DNA from: a virus
Lineage: Duplodnaviria > Caudoviricetes
DNA: 64,000 bases
Virus record (IMG/VR): IMGVR_UViG_3300028805_000061
Reading direction: 5' to 3' (one strand)
Shown one piece after another: positions 23,155-32,676 of this stretch (its first letter is position 1; each line of letters begins with the position of its first letter). The position numbers were made by a program, and so were the translations under genes. The notes below the pieces were generated by a model. The model saw nothing but the letters and a program-made list of their open reading frames with translations. It was not told the DNA's origin and searched no databases.

Positions 23155-23478
23155 ATGAAAAACTTAAGTGAAAGACTGGATAAACATATTCAAAGATTAC
23201 AAGAGATATCTACTTTAGCTTGGGGTAAAGCTGCTGTGAAATCTCTTCCTAAAAGAATAGGTGCAGTGGTAAAAAAACCTTTTAACAAAAATTCTTGGAG
23301 TAGACTAGGTAGAGCTAATAGAATAGCCAATGCTACTAGTAGTGTTGCTAGTAAACCTGGGGGTAAAGCTTTTCTTAAAAATAATTCAGCTAATTCAATA
23401 AAGAAAGCAGTTAATACTAAACTATCAGTAATAAAGAAAGCCCACCCTGTATTAGCAGCTGGTACAAGTCAAATATAA
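23155..23478 (+). CDS. Leader-bearing highly basic protein
   Basis: MKNLSERLDKHIQRLQE, then a K/R/A-rich body with no acidic residues. Confidence 0.65.
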   Translation: MKNLSERLDKHIQRLQEISTLAWGKAAVKSLPKRIGAVVKKPFNKNSWSRLGRANRIANATSSVASKPGGKAFLKNNSANSIKKAVNTKLSVIKKAHPVLAAGTSQI

Positions 23479-23496
23479 AATAGAAAAGGAGCAAAA

Positions 23497-24129
23497 ATGA
23501 AAAACTTAACAGAAAGACTAGATAAACATTTACAGAGTATTAGAGAAGTAAACGGTATAATTTCTAATCAAGAAATATTAAAACTATTAAATAATCCTAC
23601 ATCTAAACTTAAACAAGCTTTTAAAGCTAAAAATAGATGGGGTTCCTCTTTATATCCCCTAGGATTAATTGATGATTTCAAAGATGATCCCTCTAGCGGT
23701 TTTAATGACTCTTATGTAGATGAACCAGTTAATTATATGAAATACTGTATTTGTAAAGCCTCTGGAGTAGAATCTGGTATTGATATAAATCAAGCTATTA
23801 AAGATATTGAAAATAATGTAAAAGAATCTGAAAGATTATATAAAAGAGATCTACCTGAATATAATTATCAAAGTTATAAAGATGAATTATCTTATGATGA
23901 TCAAGCTAAAAAAGAAGCTGAAGAATTAATTAAAAAAGGTGCTGACCCTAGAAAAATATTAATTACTGGGGATGATTCTGGAGATGAAACTATCAATCCT
24001 ATAGATTTTGTAATAGATAGTGAACCTTTTGCTAGAGCTTGTGGGGCTATAGAATTAGCTAATAAAATTAAATCTAATCCCTATTTTAAAAGAGCTAAAG
24101 AATTAAATAATTTAATAATTATTTTATAA
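23497..24129 (+). CDS. Leader-bearing protein 4
   Basis: MKNLTERLDKHLQSIRE. Confidence 0.65.
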   Translation: MKNLTERLDKHLQSIREVNGIISNQEILKLLNNPTSKLKQAFKAKNRWGSSLYPLGLIDDFKDDPSSGFNDSYVDEPVNYMKYCICKASGVESGIDINQAIKDIENNVKESERLYKRDLPEYNYQSYKDELSYDDQAKKEAEELIKKGADPRKILITGDDSGDETINPIDFVIDSEPFARACGAIELANKIKSNPYFKRAKELNNLIIIL

Positions 24130-24149
24130 TAAATTAAGAGGTAATAAAA

Positions 24150-24632
24150 ATGAACTTAACAGAAAGACTAGATAAACATTTACAGAGTATTAGAGAAGAA
24201 GCTAATTATTCTTCAACTGAATTCTTTAAAGAGTTAAAAGATTATAATTATAGAGATGATAAAGATTTCGCTAAGTTAGTTTATGAATTATTAAAACCTA
24301 CTGTAGATTCACAAGGAGATAAATTTATAGCACCTAATTTCAATTCCTTAAAACCTCTAATAATTAAAGACATTAAATACAATATAGATGTCATGGAAGA
24401 AGATGGTATGGATAGACAAGAAGCTATAGAATACCTTTTAAACCCTACTAAATATGATTCTGAAATTGGGAATTATGCTGATACTTCTTTTGCTGATATG
24501 TTAGATGATGGTCATGATGGTAAAATCAATAAAGCTAGTAAAATTATAGTAAAATTCTTTGATGATACAGTAGATTATTTAAAAAGAGAAATTAAAAAGA
24601 ATTACAGAGCTTTGATACAAGCTGTAAAATAA
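24150..24632 (+). CDS. Leader-bearing protein 5
   Basis: MNLTERLDKHLQSIRE; 46 nt identical to the 23497 leader. Confidence 0.65.
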   Translation: MNLTERLDKHLQSIREEANYSSTEFFKELKDYNYRDDKDFAKLVYELLKPTVDSQGDKFIAPNFNSLKPLIIKDIKYNIDVMEEDGMDRQEAIEYLLNPTKYDSEIGNYADTSFADMLDDGHDGKINKASKIIVKFFDDTVDYLKREIKKNYRALIQAVK

Positions 24633-24704
24633 TTTAAACAATCACTTTTTATTTATATGTTTCTTTTTATAAGATAATAATATATTTTATAAGGAGAAAC
24701 ATAT

Positions 24705-25226
24705 ATGATGTTTTTAGTATTAGCAAAAACTCCAATAGGAGCAGTAGATTATCTATTAGAACATACTAGTAGAAAATACTTAAAAGTTCAAATTAAAGAA
24801 CTTTGTCAACTTATATGTTCAGCTGGTTATTCAGATGTATATGACAAGATACCTCAAGGTAAAGAAATTCAAAACTGGATAAAAGCTAATCATACAAATG
24901 AACTTTATGTTTGGTATTATCTACATTATGCATTTCATATATTATATATACCTAGTTTTGGAAATGCTTATAATGTACCAGAAAAACAAAGACAAATTTT
25001 TAATGATTTTACAGAAAAAATAACTTTAAAAGACTGGGATAAGACAAATGCTACAGATATAAAAACAGCAATTTTTAGATATCAAAAACAATATAAAGAA
25101 TATACAACGTATGAGACAAATATTGAATTGCCAATTGATATTTGTATTAAAGAATATAGAAAATATTTAAAATGGAAAATAGAACAAAATAAAGATTATT
25201 TTAAGAAAGAGGTAGTAGGATGTTAG
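24705..25226 (+). CDS. Possible pyrimidine-dimer DNA glycosylase (DenV-like) family protein
   Basis: FLVL..TP..A...KYLKVQIKELCQLICS resembles the family's KHxxKMxxExxQLL pattern; YRKY near the C-terminus. Confidence 0.4.
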   Translation: MMFLVLAKTPIGAVDYLLEHTSRKYLKVQIKELCQLICSAGYSDVYDKIPQGKEIQNWIKANHTNELYVWYYLHYAFHILYIPSFGNAYNVPEKQRQIFNDFTEKITLKDWDKTNATDIKTAIFRYQKQYKEYTTYETNIELPIDICIKEYRKYLKWKIEQNKDYFKKEVVGC

Positions 25227-26042
25227 TAATACCCCTAGTTTTATTAAGAAAGGAGTAGATTAAATAATGAAATTAACTTATCAATTGGATAAAACTATTT
25301 TTAATATCAAATTATTAAAATCTATATCAGAAATAAAAATAATTAATGACTATGAAGAACAAGAAGTTAGAAAAAGAATAGATAAACAAGTAGATGAATC
25401 AACTTCCCAATTCAATACAAGGTTTCCTAAAATATCCCCAGTACATATCTATATTGATTATGAAAAAGAATGTAAAACAATAGAAATATACATAGATGAA
25501 AAATTATACAGATGTTCTAATTATAATCTTATAAAGGAAGATTCTAAACTAGGTTTAATTATTCCAATATCGACTAAATGTAGAATAACAACAGAATCTC
25601 AAAAAGAATTTGATATATTTAAAAATCAAGCAGAAAATTTATTAGAAGCATTTAAGAAATTATAGAAAGAGAGGTTAATAGATGAAAACTGTTCAACTAG
25701 TAGCAGGTGAAATAGAATCAAATTACCCTATAAAACAATTCAAGGAACTTAATATCTTTAGTGAATATTTTTTAGTAGATAAGGGTAATGATCCACATGT
25801 AAGAATATTAAGATACTTTGATGATATAAAAGAATGGTATATTATTCGTTTAGATAGTTTTTGTACAAATAAATTAGAATTAGATATAGAAGAACTATGT
25901 GAAAGATTTTATGTATATTGTATACCAGAATTTACTGGTGGAAGTGATGGTATTTACTTAAATAATGAAGAGAGTAGAGAAGCTAGAAAAGAACTTTTAA
26001 AATTTCTAATTAATAAATATATGTAGTTAAAGGAGTGAATAA

Positions 26043-26774
26043 GTGACTAGAATATTTAGAGATTGTGAACAATATATAAAAGAAATAGATAGAGAACTAT
26101 TTCAATCTGGTATAACAGTACCAGTAAATCACTATCAGAATAAACAATTAGAAGGTGAAAATAAGAATACCAAAGAAATAATTGGAGTTAGTGCTTGTAT
26201 TTCTAATCCACTTAGAAAACGTAAAGAGATGTTAGAACATATTTTTAAAGATGATGCAGAAAGAATAGAAAAATACTGTATTCAAGAATTTAAAGATAGA
26301 ATTTCTCCTATACCATTAAATCCTGGTGAATCTTATAAAATTAGAAAAGATGTTTGGCAAAAATTTATGGTGGAAGATGAAACTAAATTTGATTATACAT
26401 ATAGTGAAAGACTATATGATAAATGGCAATATATAATCGCTACTTTAAAGGAAGATAAACATTCAAGACAAGCTTTAATGGAAGTATTTAAACCAGATGA
26501 TTTAGAAAAACATGGAGGAGATACTAGAATACCCTGTAGTATATGTTATCAATATTTAATTAGGAATAATCAATTACATTGTATTTATACAATGAGAAGT
26601 AATGATTATTTCGGTCATCATCCTATAGATATATGGTTAGCAGCAGAAAGTATTTTATATTTACAAGAAGAGCTTGTTAAAGTTTACCCAAAATTACAAA
26701 CCGGTAAGTTATACTATCAAGCTGGTTCACTTCATGCTTATCAATGGGATTTAAAAGAAAGGTTATTATTTTAA
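26043..26774 (+). CDS. Thymidylate-synthase homologue, dCMP-hydroxymethylase-like
   Basis: YTYSERL, SRQA, catalytic IPC, MRSND-x7-D and GSLHAY. Confidence 0.8.
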   Translation: MTRIFRDCEQYIKEIDRELFQSGITVPVNHYQNKQLEGENKNTKEIIGVSACISNPLRKRKEMLEHIFKDDAERIEKYCIQEFKDRISPIPLNPGESYKIRKDVWQKFMVEDETKFDYTYSERLYDKWQYIIATLKEDKHSRQALMEVFKPDDLEKHGGDTRIPCSICYQYLIRNNQLHCIYTMRSNDYFGHHPIDIWLAAESILYLQEELVKVYPKLQTGKLYYQAGSLHAYQWDLKERLLF

Positions 26775-26789
26775 TTAAGGAATTGTTAA

Positions 26790-26990
26790 ATGGCTAGAGT
26801 TTTAATTAGTATGCCTGAAAAATTCTTATCTAATATAGATAAAGTAGCAAATAAAGAAAATAGAAGCAGATCAGAATTAATTAGAGAAGCTTTAAGAACT
26901 TATATAAATAAACAAAATATAGTTAATAAATATATGTCTAATTCAATTGCTGAACAAAATGCTTCTAAATTAGAGGATATGTTACAATAA
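26790..26990 (+). CDS. CopG/ribbon-helix-helix regulator
   Basis: RVLISMP...ID..A..ENRSRSELIREALRTY. Confidence 0.9.
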   Translation: MARVLISMPEKFLSNIDKVANKENRSRSELIREALRTYINKQNIVNKYMSNSIAEQNASKLEDMLQ

Positions 26991-27775
26991 TGTATATAAA
27001 AACTTATGAATATGAAATAAAAGTAATAGAATATCTTGCAAGTATAAAAAGATTTCCACCAGTTCAAATTTGGAAAACTGAAGATAATAGATTTAAAGTA
27101 GAATGTTCACCTAGTTTTACTCTAGAAGAAGGTACAGGAGGGTCTTTGTCATTAGCATTACAAGATTTAGTCAATAAATTGACTAACTATTTAACTAATG
27201 AGGAATTTAATTATTTAGAAGATTTAAGGGATCTATTATGATATCAAAAGAACAATTTTTTAAAAATCATAACCCTTTGTTTATAAATAAAGAATCAGTT
27301 CCAAATTGGGAAAATGAAAAGTATAAATATTTTGTTATAGAACATTCAAAAGATTTTAGATATATAATAACAGCTGTATATACACAAGAGCCTTTTAAAA
27401 TAAAAACTATATTGTTGTACATAGACAATGAACCTTATGAAGAATTTACAAGTCTTGAAGCAGCATATACTATATATAGAGTATTAAGTAAAGGAGAGAA
27501 GCTAGAATGATTCAATTACAAAAAGGAGTTATTAAAGATAATAAAGGAGAGGAACAAATAGTAATATGTAATGTATCTAATCCAGAAAAACCTGAAGTAT
27601 TAATGGCTTTCTTTAATAGTTGGAACTCTTCTTTAATAGCAGAAAATGTAATAAATTTATTAATAGAAAAAGATAGAGAATTAGTTGAAAAATAGATTAT
27701 ATTAAAATGTATCCCAAGATTTCTACCTGCAACAATAGTTGTTCAAAGTGCTTGGGTTTTTGAATGGAGTAAAAC

Positions 27776-28012
27776 ATGTCAACTCAACAAGAAGAAAATT
27801 TAATTGCCTTATTAGATGGCTATGTTGAAAAAGGTGGGCACCATTTGAATGTAAATGTTTTTAATAAAGAAACATTAATTGATGCTCAACAACATCCAGA
27901 AAAATATCCACAATTAACTATTAGAGTTTCTGGTTATGCTGTTAATTTTGTAAAACTAACTAAAGAACAACAAGATGATGTAATTAATAGAACTTTTCAT
28001 AAAGGTTTATAA
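27776..28012 (+). CDS. grcA: Autonomous glycyl radical cofactor (stand-alone PFL C-terminal domain)
   Basis: GGHHLNVNV...[19 protein letters not shown]...[11 protein letters not shown]. Confidence 0.92.
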   Translation: MSTQQEENLIALLDGYVEKGGHHLNVNVFNKETLIDAQQHPEKYPQLTIRVSGYAVNFVKLTKEQQDDVINRTFHKGL

Positions 28013-28076
28013 TTAGAACTTTGTTTATTTATTTCTAATTATTAAAAATAATACAAATTTTAATAAGGAGGAATAA

Positions 28077-29105
28077 ATGGCAAAAACAATTATACTTTGT
28101 GATTATAGGTGGGTATTATATAGAAGTTCATTTAAGTTTAATGAATTTAAGATAGAAGAAAATGAAGCAGAAATTTATACTGGAGCTGTATATGGTATTC
28201 TAGAATTTGCTAAAACAGTTTTAAGTAATTATGATAAAGTAGATCTATTCTTCTGTTTAGATGGTCACCCCTCAGAAAGAGAAAAACTACTACCTTCATA
28301 TAAAGAAAAGAGACATGAAGCTGACCCACTTCCAGAAATAGCTTCAGCTCGAGCATTACATGATGAGCCTATAAAAATATTATCTACAGTACCTAATGTA
28401 CATTTTATACAAGATTCAGAAAAAGAAGCTGATGATTTAATGGCTATGATAGCTTTTAGAGAATTGGGTAAAGGTAATAAGCCTATTATATTTACTGGAG
28501 ATAAAGACTTACTTCAATTAATGCAATTTGGTATAAACATTTCTAAGAATATAGAAGAAGGTAAATTACAAATATTACCAGAAAACTATATAACTTTACA
28601 CAAAGATTTTCAATGTGCCCCAGAAGAATTACTTTATTTAAGAGCATTAAATGGAGATAAATCAGATGAAATCCCACAAGCATTTTTCAAAGGAGGATCA
28701 GCTGGTTTAAGATTAGAGTTTGCTAAACTTTGGTATCAATCAGGAGATAGATATTTAGAAAATTTTGATCAATTAATAGAAAAAATGGATCCTATAATAG
28801 AGAATCTGTATAAAGGTAAAAAAGCTCAAGATAACAATAAAGCTAAAATAAGAACAATAAAAGAAGATGCAATAAGAAATATGAAGTTGATGGAACTAGA
28901 CAAATATGAACCTATTTATGAAGCCTATAAAACATATAAAGAAACTAAGAATAAAGACTTAATAGATAAGGTTAAAGAAGAATTTCAAATGAGTAATATT
29001 AAATCTTTAAACTATGATTTAGATAGTGAAGATATTTCCAAAATATTAACTAGATTAGATTTACAGAGATTTAAGGCTTGGATGAATTATAATAACTATA
29101 TTTAA
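28077..29105 (+). CDS. 5'-3' flap exonuclease / RNase H (PolI N-terminal-like)
   Basis: LPSYKEKR, EADD, TGDKDLLQL and GDKSDEIP. Confidence 0.9.
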   Translation: MAKTIILCDYRWVLYRSSFKFNEFKIEENEAEIYTGAVYGILEFAKTVLSNYDKVDLFFCLDGHPSEREKLLPSYKEKRHEADPLPEIASARALHDEPIKILSTVPNVHFIQDSEKEADDLMAMIAFRELGKGNKPIIFTGDKDLLQLMQFGINISKNIEEGKLQILPENYITLHKDFQCAPEELLYLRALNGDKSDEIPQAFFKGGSAGLRLEFAKLWYQSGDRYLENFDQLIEKMDPIIENLYKGKKAQDNNKAKIRTIKEDAIRNMKLMELDKYEPIYEAYKTYKETKNKDLIDKVKEEFQMSNIKSLNYDLDSEDISKILTRLDLQRFKAWMNYNNYI

Positions 29106-29208
29106 TTACACTATAAACTTAATAATACAGAATAATGTTATCTATAACTCATAGGAAATAAATTTTTATTTCCTTTTTCATTGTGTGTATATTATATAAA
29201 AGGAAATA

Positions 29209-29409
29209 ATGATGTCTTCAAATATTAAAGTAGGTACGATAGTTAATATAATGAGAGTGTATGGACAATATCAACAAAAAATAAAAGATGATTATAGTTA
29301 TCTTGAATATTGTAGAAGTACTGGTAGTAAATTCAAAATACAAGAAGCTCAAGCTCAATTAGATAAGGATAAAGCTGAAATGGGAGAATTTTTAGACTTT
29401 TATATTTAA
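29209..29409 (+). CDS. Small hypothetical protein
   Basis: aaagga RBS; 66 aa. Confidence 0.6.
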   Translation: MMSSNIKVGTIVNIMRVYGQYQQKIKDDYSYLEYCRSTGSKFKIQEAQAQLDKDKAEMGEFLDFYI

Positions 29410-29410
29410 T

Positions 29411-30902
29411 TTATTTCTTTCTTTTTAATTTCTTTAAATTAGTAAAAGTCTCTTCAGCTTGTAAATTCTTTCTCCAAACTTTTTGGTCTCTTTCTTTCTT
29501 GAGTTTTCTTGCATTAAATTCATTAAGTTTAGAATTAGGTACAAATTGATTGTCAGCAGTAGCTCCTAACATTTCTTTGTTGGCAGTCATTTTTAAATAC
29601 CAATATTCATCTATTGTATTTTTAACTAGTAAAAACCAAAAATCATAATGTTTCCATTTAGAAAACATTCTACCTATTCTACCTTTGACTTGAGAAAATT
29701 GCCCTGGACCCATAGGTATTTCAAAATAACATAGATTATGAGTCCAATGTAGATTTAAAGATTGACCCATAGCTTGAGTACCTATTATACATTTATTTTT
29801 AGGTTTACCTTCAAAACCCCATTCAATGATTTCTTGTCTTTCCTCTTTTGAGGTTGAACCAGAAATGATTCTAGCTTCCATACCAACTTCTTCTACAATA
29901 GATTTAATATATTCAAGCATATCAGCTTTTCTAGTTCTAGAATAGATGATTAAACCATCTTCTCTACACTTCTCAATAAGTTGTTTTAACAAGAATTTTT
30001 TAGTACTACTCTTATCAATAAGCCTTTGTAATTTAGGCATTATTTTACTATGTTTATTGTTATTTCTACCATGTGTTTGCATTGCTAGTTCGTCATATTT
30101 TAAAGCTCTTCTTGAACCTTCTTTCATAGATTTAGCAAGGACATGAAATCTATAATCCAATTTAGGAAAGTATTGAATCATTACATCTTTAGTATATTTA
30201 AGAAATTTGTCTAGATTCTTATACCCTACTAATTTTGGATAGGTTACATATTTTCTATATTTCTTTAGATATCTAGTACCTTCTTTATAAATACAGAAAT
30301 TTTTATGGAACCATTTAATACCACCTAAAACACCTGGCTTAATAAAGGATATTACTCTATAACCATCCTCTAATTCACTTGTTACTGTTGTAGCTGTTAA
30401 CCCCACTAAATAGATAAAAGCTGATTTTAAATAGTTTAAACATTTAGCTGTTTGTGATTCTTTCTTTTTACCTATTGTTTTAACTCTATGAACCTCATCA
30501 ATAAATAAACCTGACTTGAAATCCTTAAATGCTCTTGTAAGATTAATCAATTTTATGTCTATTAGTATTTCATATTGTATTATAAAAATGGTCTTATCAT
30601 TATTACTAATATCCTCTATATCTTTAATTGATCTAATTATTACTAAATTTTTAGAGGGGTAATCAGTTTTCTTTATATCTGATTCAAAACTTAGAACACT
30701 TGACTTAGTACAAACTACTAAGGCCTTTTCTAATTTATTTTTTTCTAATAATCTGAAAATACTTTCTAAACATATAAGTGTTTTACCAGTACCTGTTTCA
30801 TTCATAGTTTATTAAACTAGCATTTCTAGAAATAATAAAGTCCACAGCTTTAATTTGATGTTCTGCTAAAATTATTTCTGGATCAGTTATAATAAACTTC
30901 AT
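29411..30902 (-). CDS. SNF2-like SF2 helicase, frame broken just before Walker A
   Basis: TGTGKT, IDEVH, GLTAT, SLNL and QVKGRIGR in 29411..30805; Q-motif peptide (LAEHQIKAVDFI) in an upstream 34-aa ORF 30902..30798 preceded by a ggaggtg RBS. Confidence 0.8.
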
Positions 30903-30917
30903 CTTGCATCACCTCCT

Positions 30918-31361
30918 TTATATATCTTTTTTACTACTAACTTTAATATCAGGAGATGGTGGAAGATCATCTCCTATTATATCTTCTTCAAAAATATCAT
31001 TTTCAAAGGGATCTTCTAATAAATGTTCTTCTACAAAATAACCTTCTTTTCTAAATTCTTCTAATTGATATTCTTCTAGAAAGTCACTGTTAAAGCCTGG
31101 AATTTTAATCTCCTCTCCTTTTGTTGCTCTTTGAAATAATCTTTCTAAATTAGGTTTTTTAGGTTTATTTTTAATAGTTTGTTGGGATTTTCTAGCTCTT
31201 AGTTTAGGAGATATCATACCTGTCATATCATACATTTTCATCCATTTAGATACAGTAGGTAAACTTACCCCATAATGTTTACTAATTTTTCTTTTGGACC
31301 ATAATTTTTCAAATAATAAATCTTCTAATTCATCTTCTGATGGAGGCTTAATCTTTTGCAT
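30918..31361 (-). CDS. HTH protein with acidic tail
   Basis: SKRKISKHYGVSLPTVSKWMK helix-turn-helix. Confidence 0.7.
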   Translation of the reverse strand: MQKIKPPSEDELEDLLFEKLWSKRKISKHYGVSLPTVSKWMKMYDMTGMISPKLRARKSQQTIKNKPKKPNLERLFQRATKGEEIKIPGFNSDFLEEYQLEEFRKEGYFVEEHLLEDPFENDIFEEDIIGDDLPPSPDIKVSSKKDI

Positions 31362-31420
31362 ATTTTCTTTTCCTTAATTTAATTTTTATTCATTATAGAC
31401 AAATTTTTATAATCTTATGA

Positions 31421-31731
31421 TATTTTGGTGATATAGATCATTATCACCAAAATACTTTAGTGAAGATAATCTATATCACCAAAATACGTTGGTGATCCGA
31501 GTTTTACTTCACCAAAATACTTTGGTGATGGGAATTCTCTTCACTAAAGTATTTTGGTGAGAGAAATGATATCACCAAAATAATCTAAAAATCTCTTCAC
31601 CAACGTATTTTGGTGAAGCAAATTTATTTCACTAAAGTATTTTGGTGAAGCAAATAGATATCACCAACGTATTTTGGTGAAGCAAATTTATTTCACCAAA
31701 GTATTTTGGTGAAGAGAATTCCCGTCACCAA
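31421..31731. repeat. Array of 20-bp quasi-palindromes TCACCAAAATACTTTGGTGA with 32-bp period; probable replication origin or operator array
   Basis: Full units at 31444, 31476, 31509, 31541, 31597, 31629, 31661, 31693; half units at 31421, 31572, 31725. Confidence 0.9.
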
Positions 31732-32176
31732 TTTTCTCCTAATGCAATAATAATAAGGGTTTCCAGCCCCTACAATATATATATTTATATATAAATAATT
31801 ATAATATATATATGATTTTGTTACTTTATTATTTTATAACTTTGTAATTATAAAATAATATTAAAATAAAATTTTATTTTCCTTTAAGAAAAAATAAATA
31901 CCCCTTGAATTTTTCAGAGGATAGGAGCGTGTGAGTGGGGCGCTGAGGGATCTCTCTCGAACTGAATATGAACCCCATTTTACAAAAAAGGCTGCTACAA
32001 GGGCTCAAAATTTCTTCCCCAATGAAAAAATACTCATAAAATGTATTTAGGAGCTCTTAAAAAGCCATCGGAGCAGCTCTAATTAAACATTTTACTTAGA
32101 CATTTGAAGATGATTTTAATAGGAAATCTATAAAATTCAAAATAATAGAAAATTGAACAATAAAAGAAAGAGTAAA

Positions 32177-32674
32177 ATGGCAGATTCATACTATAATAAA
32201 CAAGAGAAAATAAAAGTGTTAAAGAGCTATTTGAATAACTTATTTATTGATCCGAATGAGTTAAATAGGAACAAATATCAACAAATAAAAGGTAAGTTAG
32301 AAAAAATTAAAACTCCTTTAACAAAATTAATAATCTCTAATAATATCAATTATTTAAAGCTGGCTGCTAGTATTTTACTTACTCATAATTTGAGATATCC
32401 CCAATATGAAATGATAGATATTGATACACTGATGAATTTATGGTTGGGTTATGATGTAGGGCCAGTAACTAAAGATACAATAAAAACTACAGATACTTTG
32501 ATAATACTGAGTTTTGGAAGTTCCTTTTTTAAAAATACAAAAGGATTATTTGAAAGTGTAGTTCAAAAAAGACAATTTGATAAACTTTCCACAATAGTAT
32601 TAACTACTAGTTCTGAAAGGAATATTAGTTCAGTTTTTACTAAGACTGACATTATTGATTTTAAAGGCAAATAA
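32177..32674 (+). CDS. Degenerate DnaC/IstB-like helicase loader
   Basis: DTLIILSFG...LFESVVQKRQ..KLSTIVLTT resembles the DnaC C-terminal half; no Walker A; directly upstream of DnaB. Confidence 0.45.
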   Translation: MADSYYNKQEKIKVLKSYLNNLFIDPNELNRNKYQQIKGKLEKIKTPLTKLIISNNINYLKLAASILLTHNLRYPQYEMIDIDTLMNLWLGYDVGPVTKDTIKTTDTLIILSFGSSFFKNTKGLFESVVQKRQFDKLSTIVLTTSSERNISSVFTKTDIIDFKGK

Positions 32675-32676
32675 AA

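Noticed and set aside
27710-27760. ZTP (pfl) or purine riboswitch upstream of grcA
   Set aside because: Lacks the conserved cores of those families; kept only as an unclassified leader.
31421-31731. CRISPR array
   Set aside because: Linkers are only 11-13 bp and some are repeated, unit orientation flips mid-array, and no cas genes are present.
31900-32100. tRNA or other ncRNA in the GC-richer patch after the array
   Set aside because: No cloverleaf, T-loop or convincing long stems found by eye; a covariance search would be needed.
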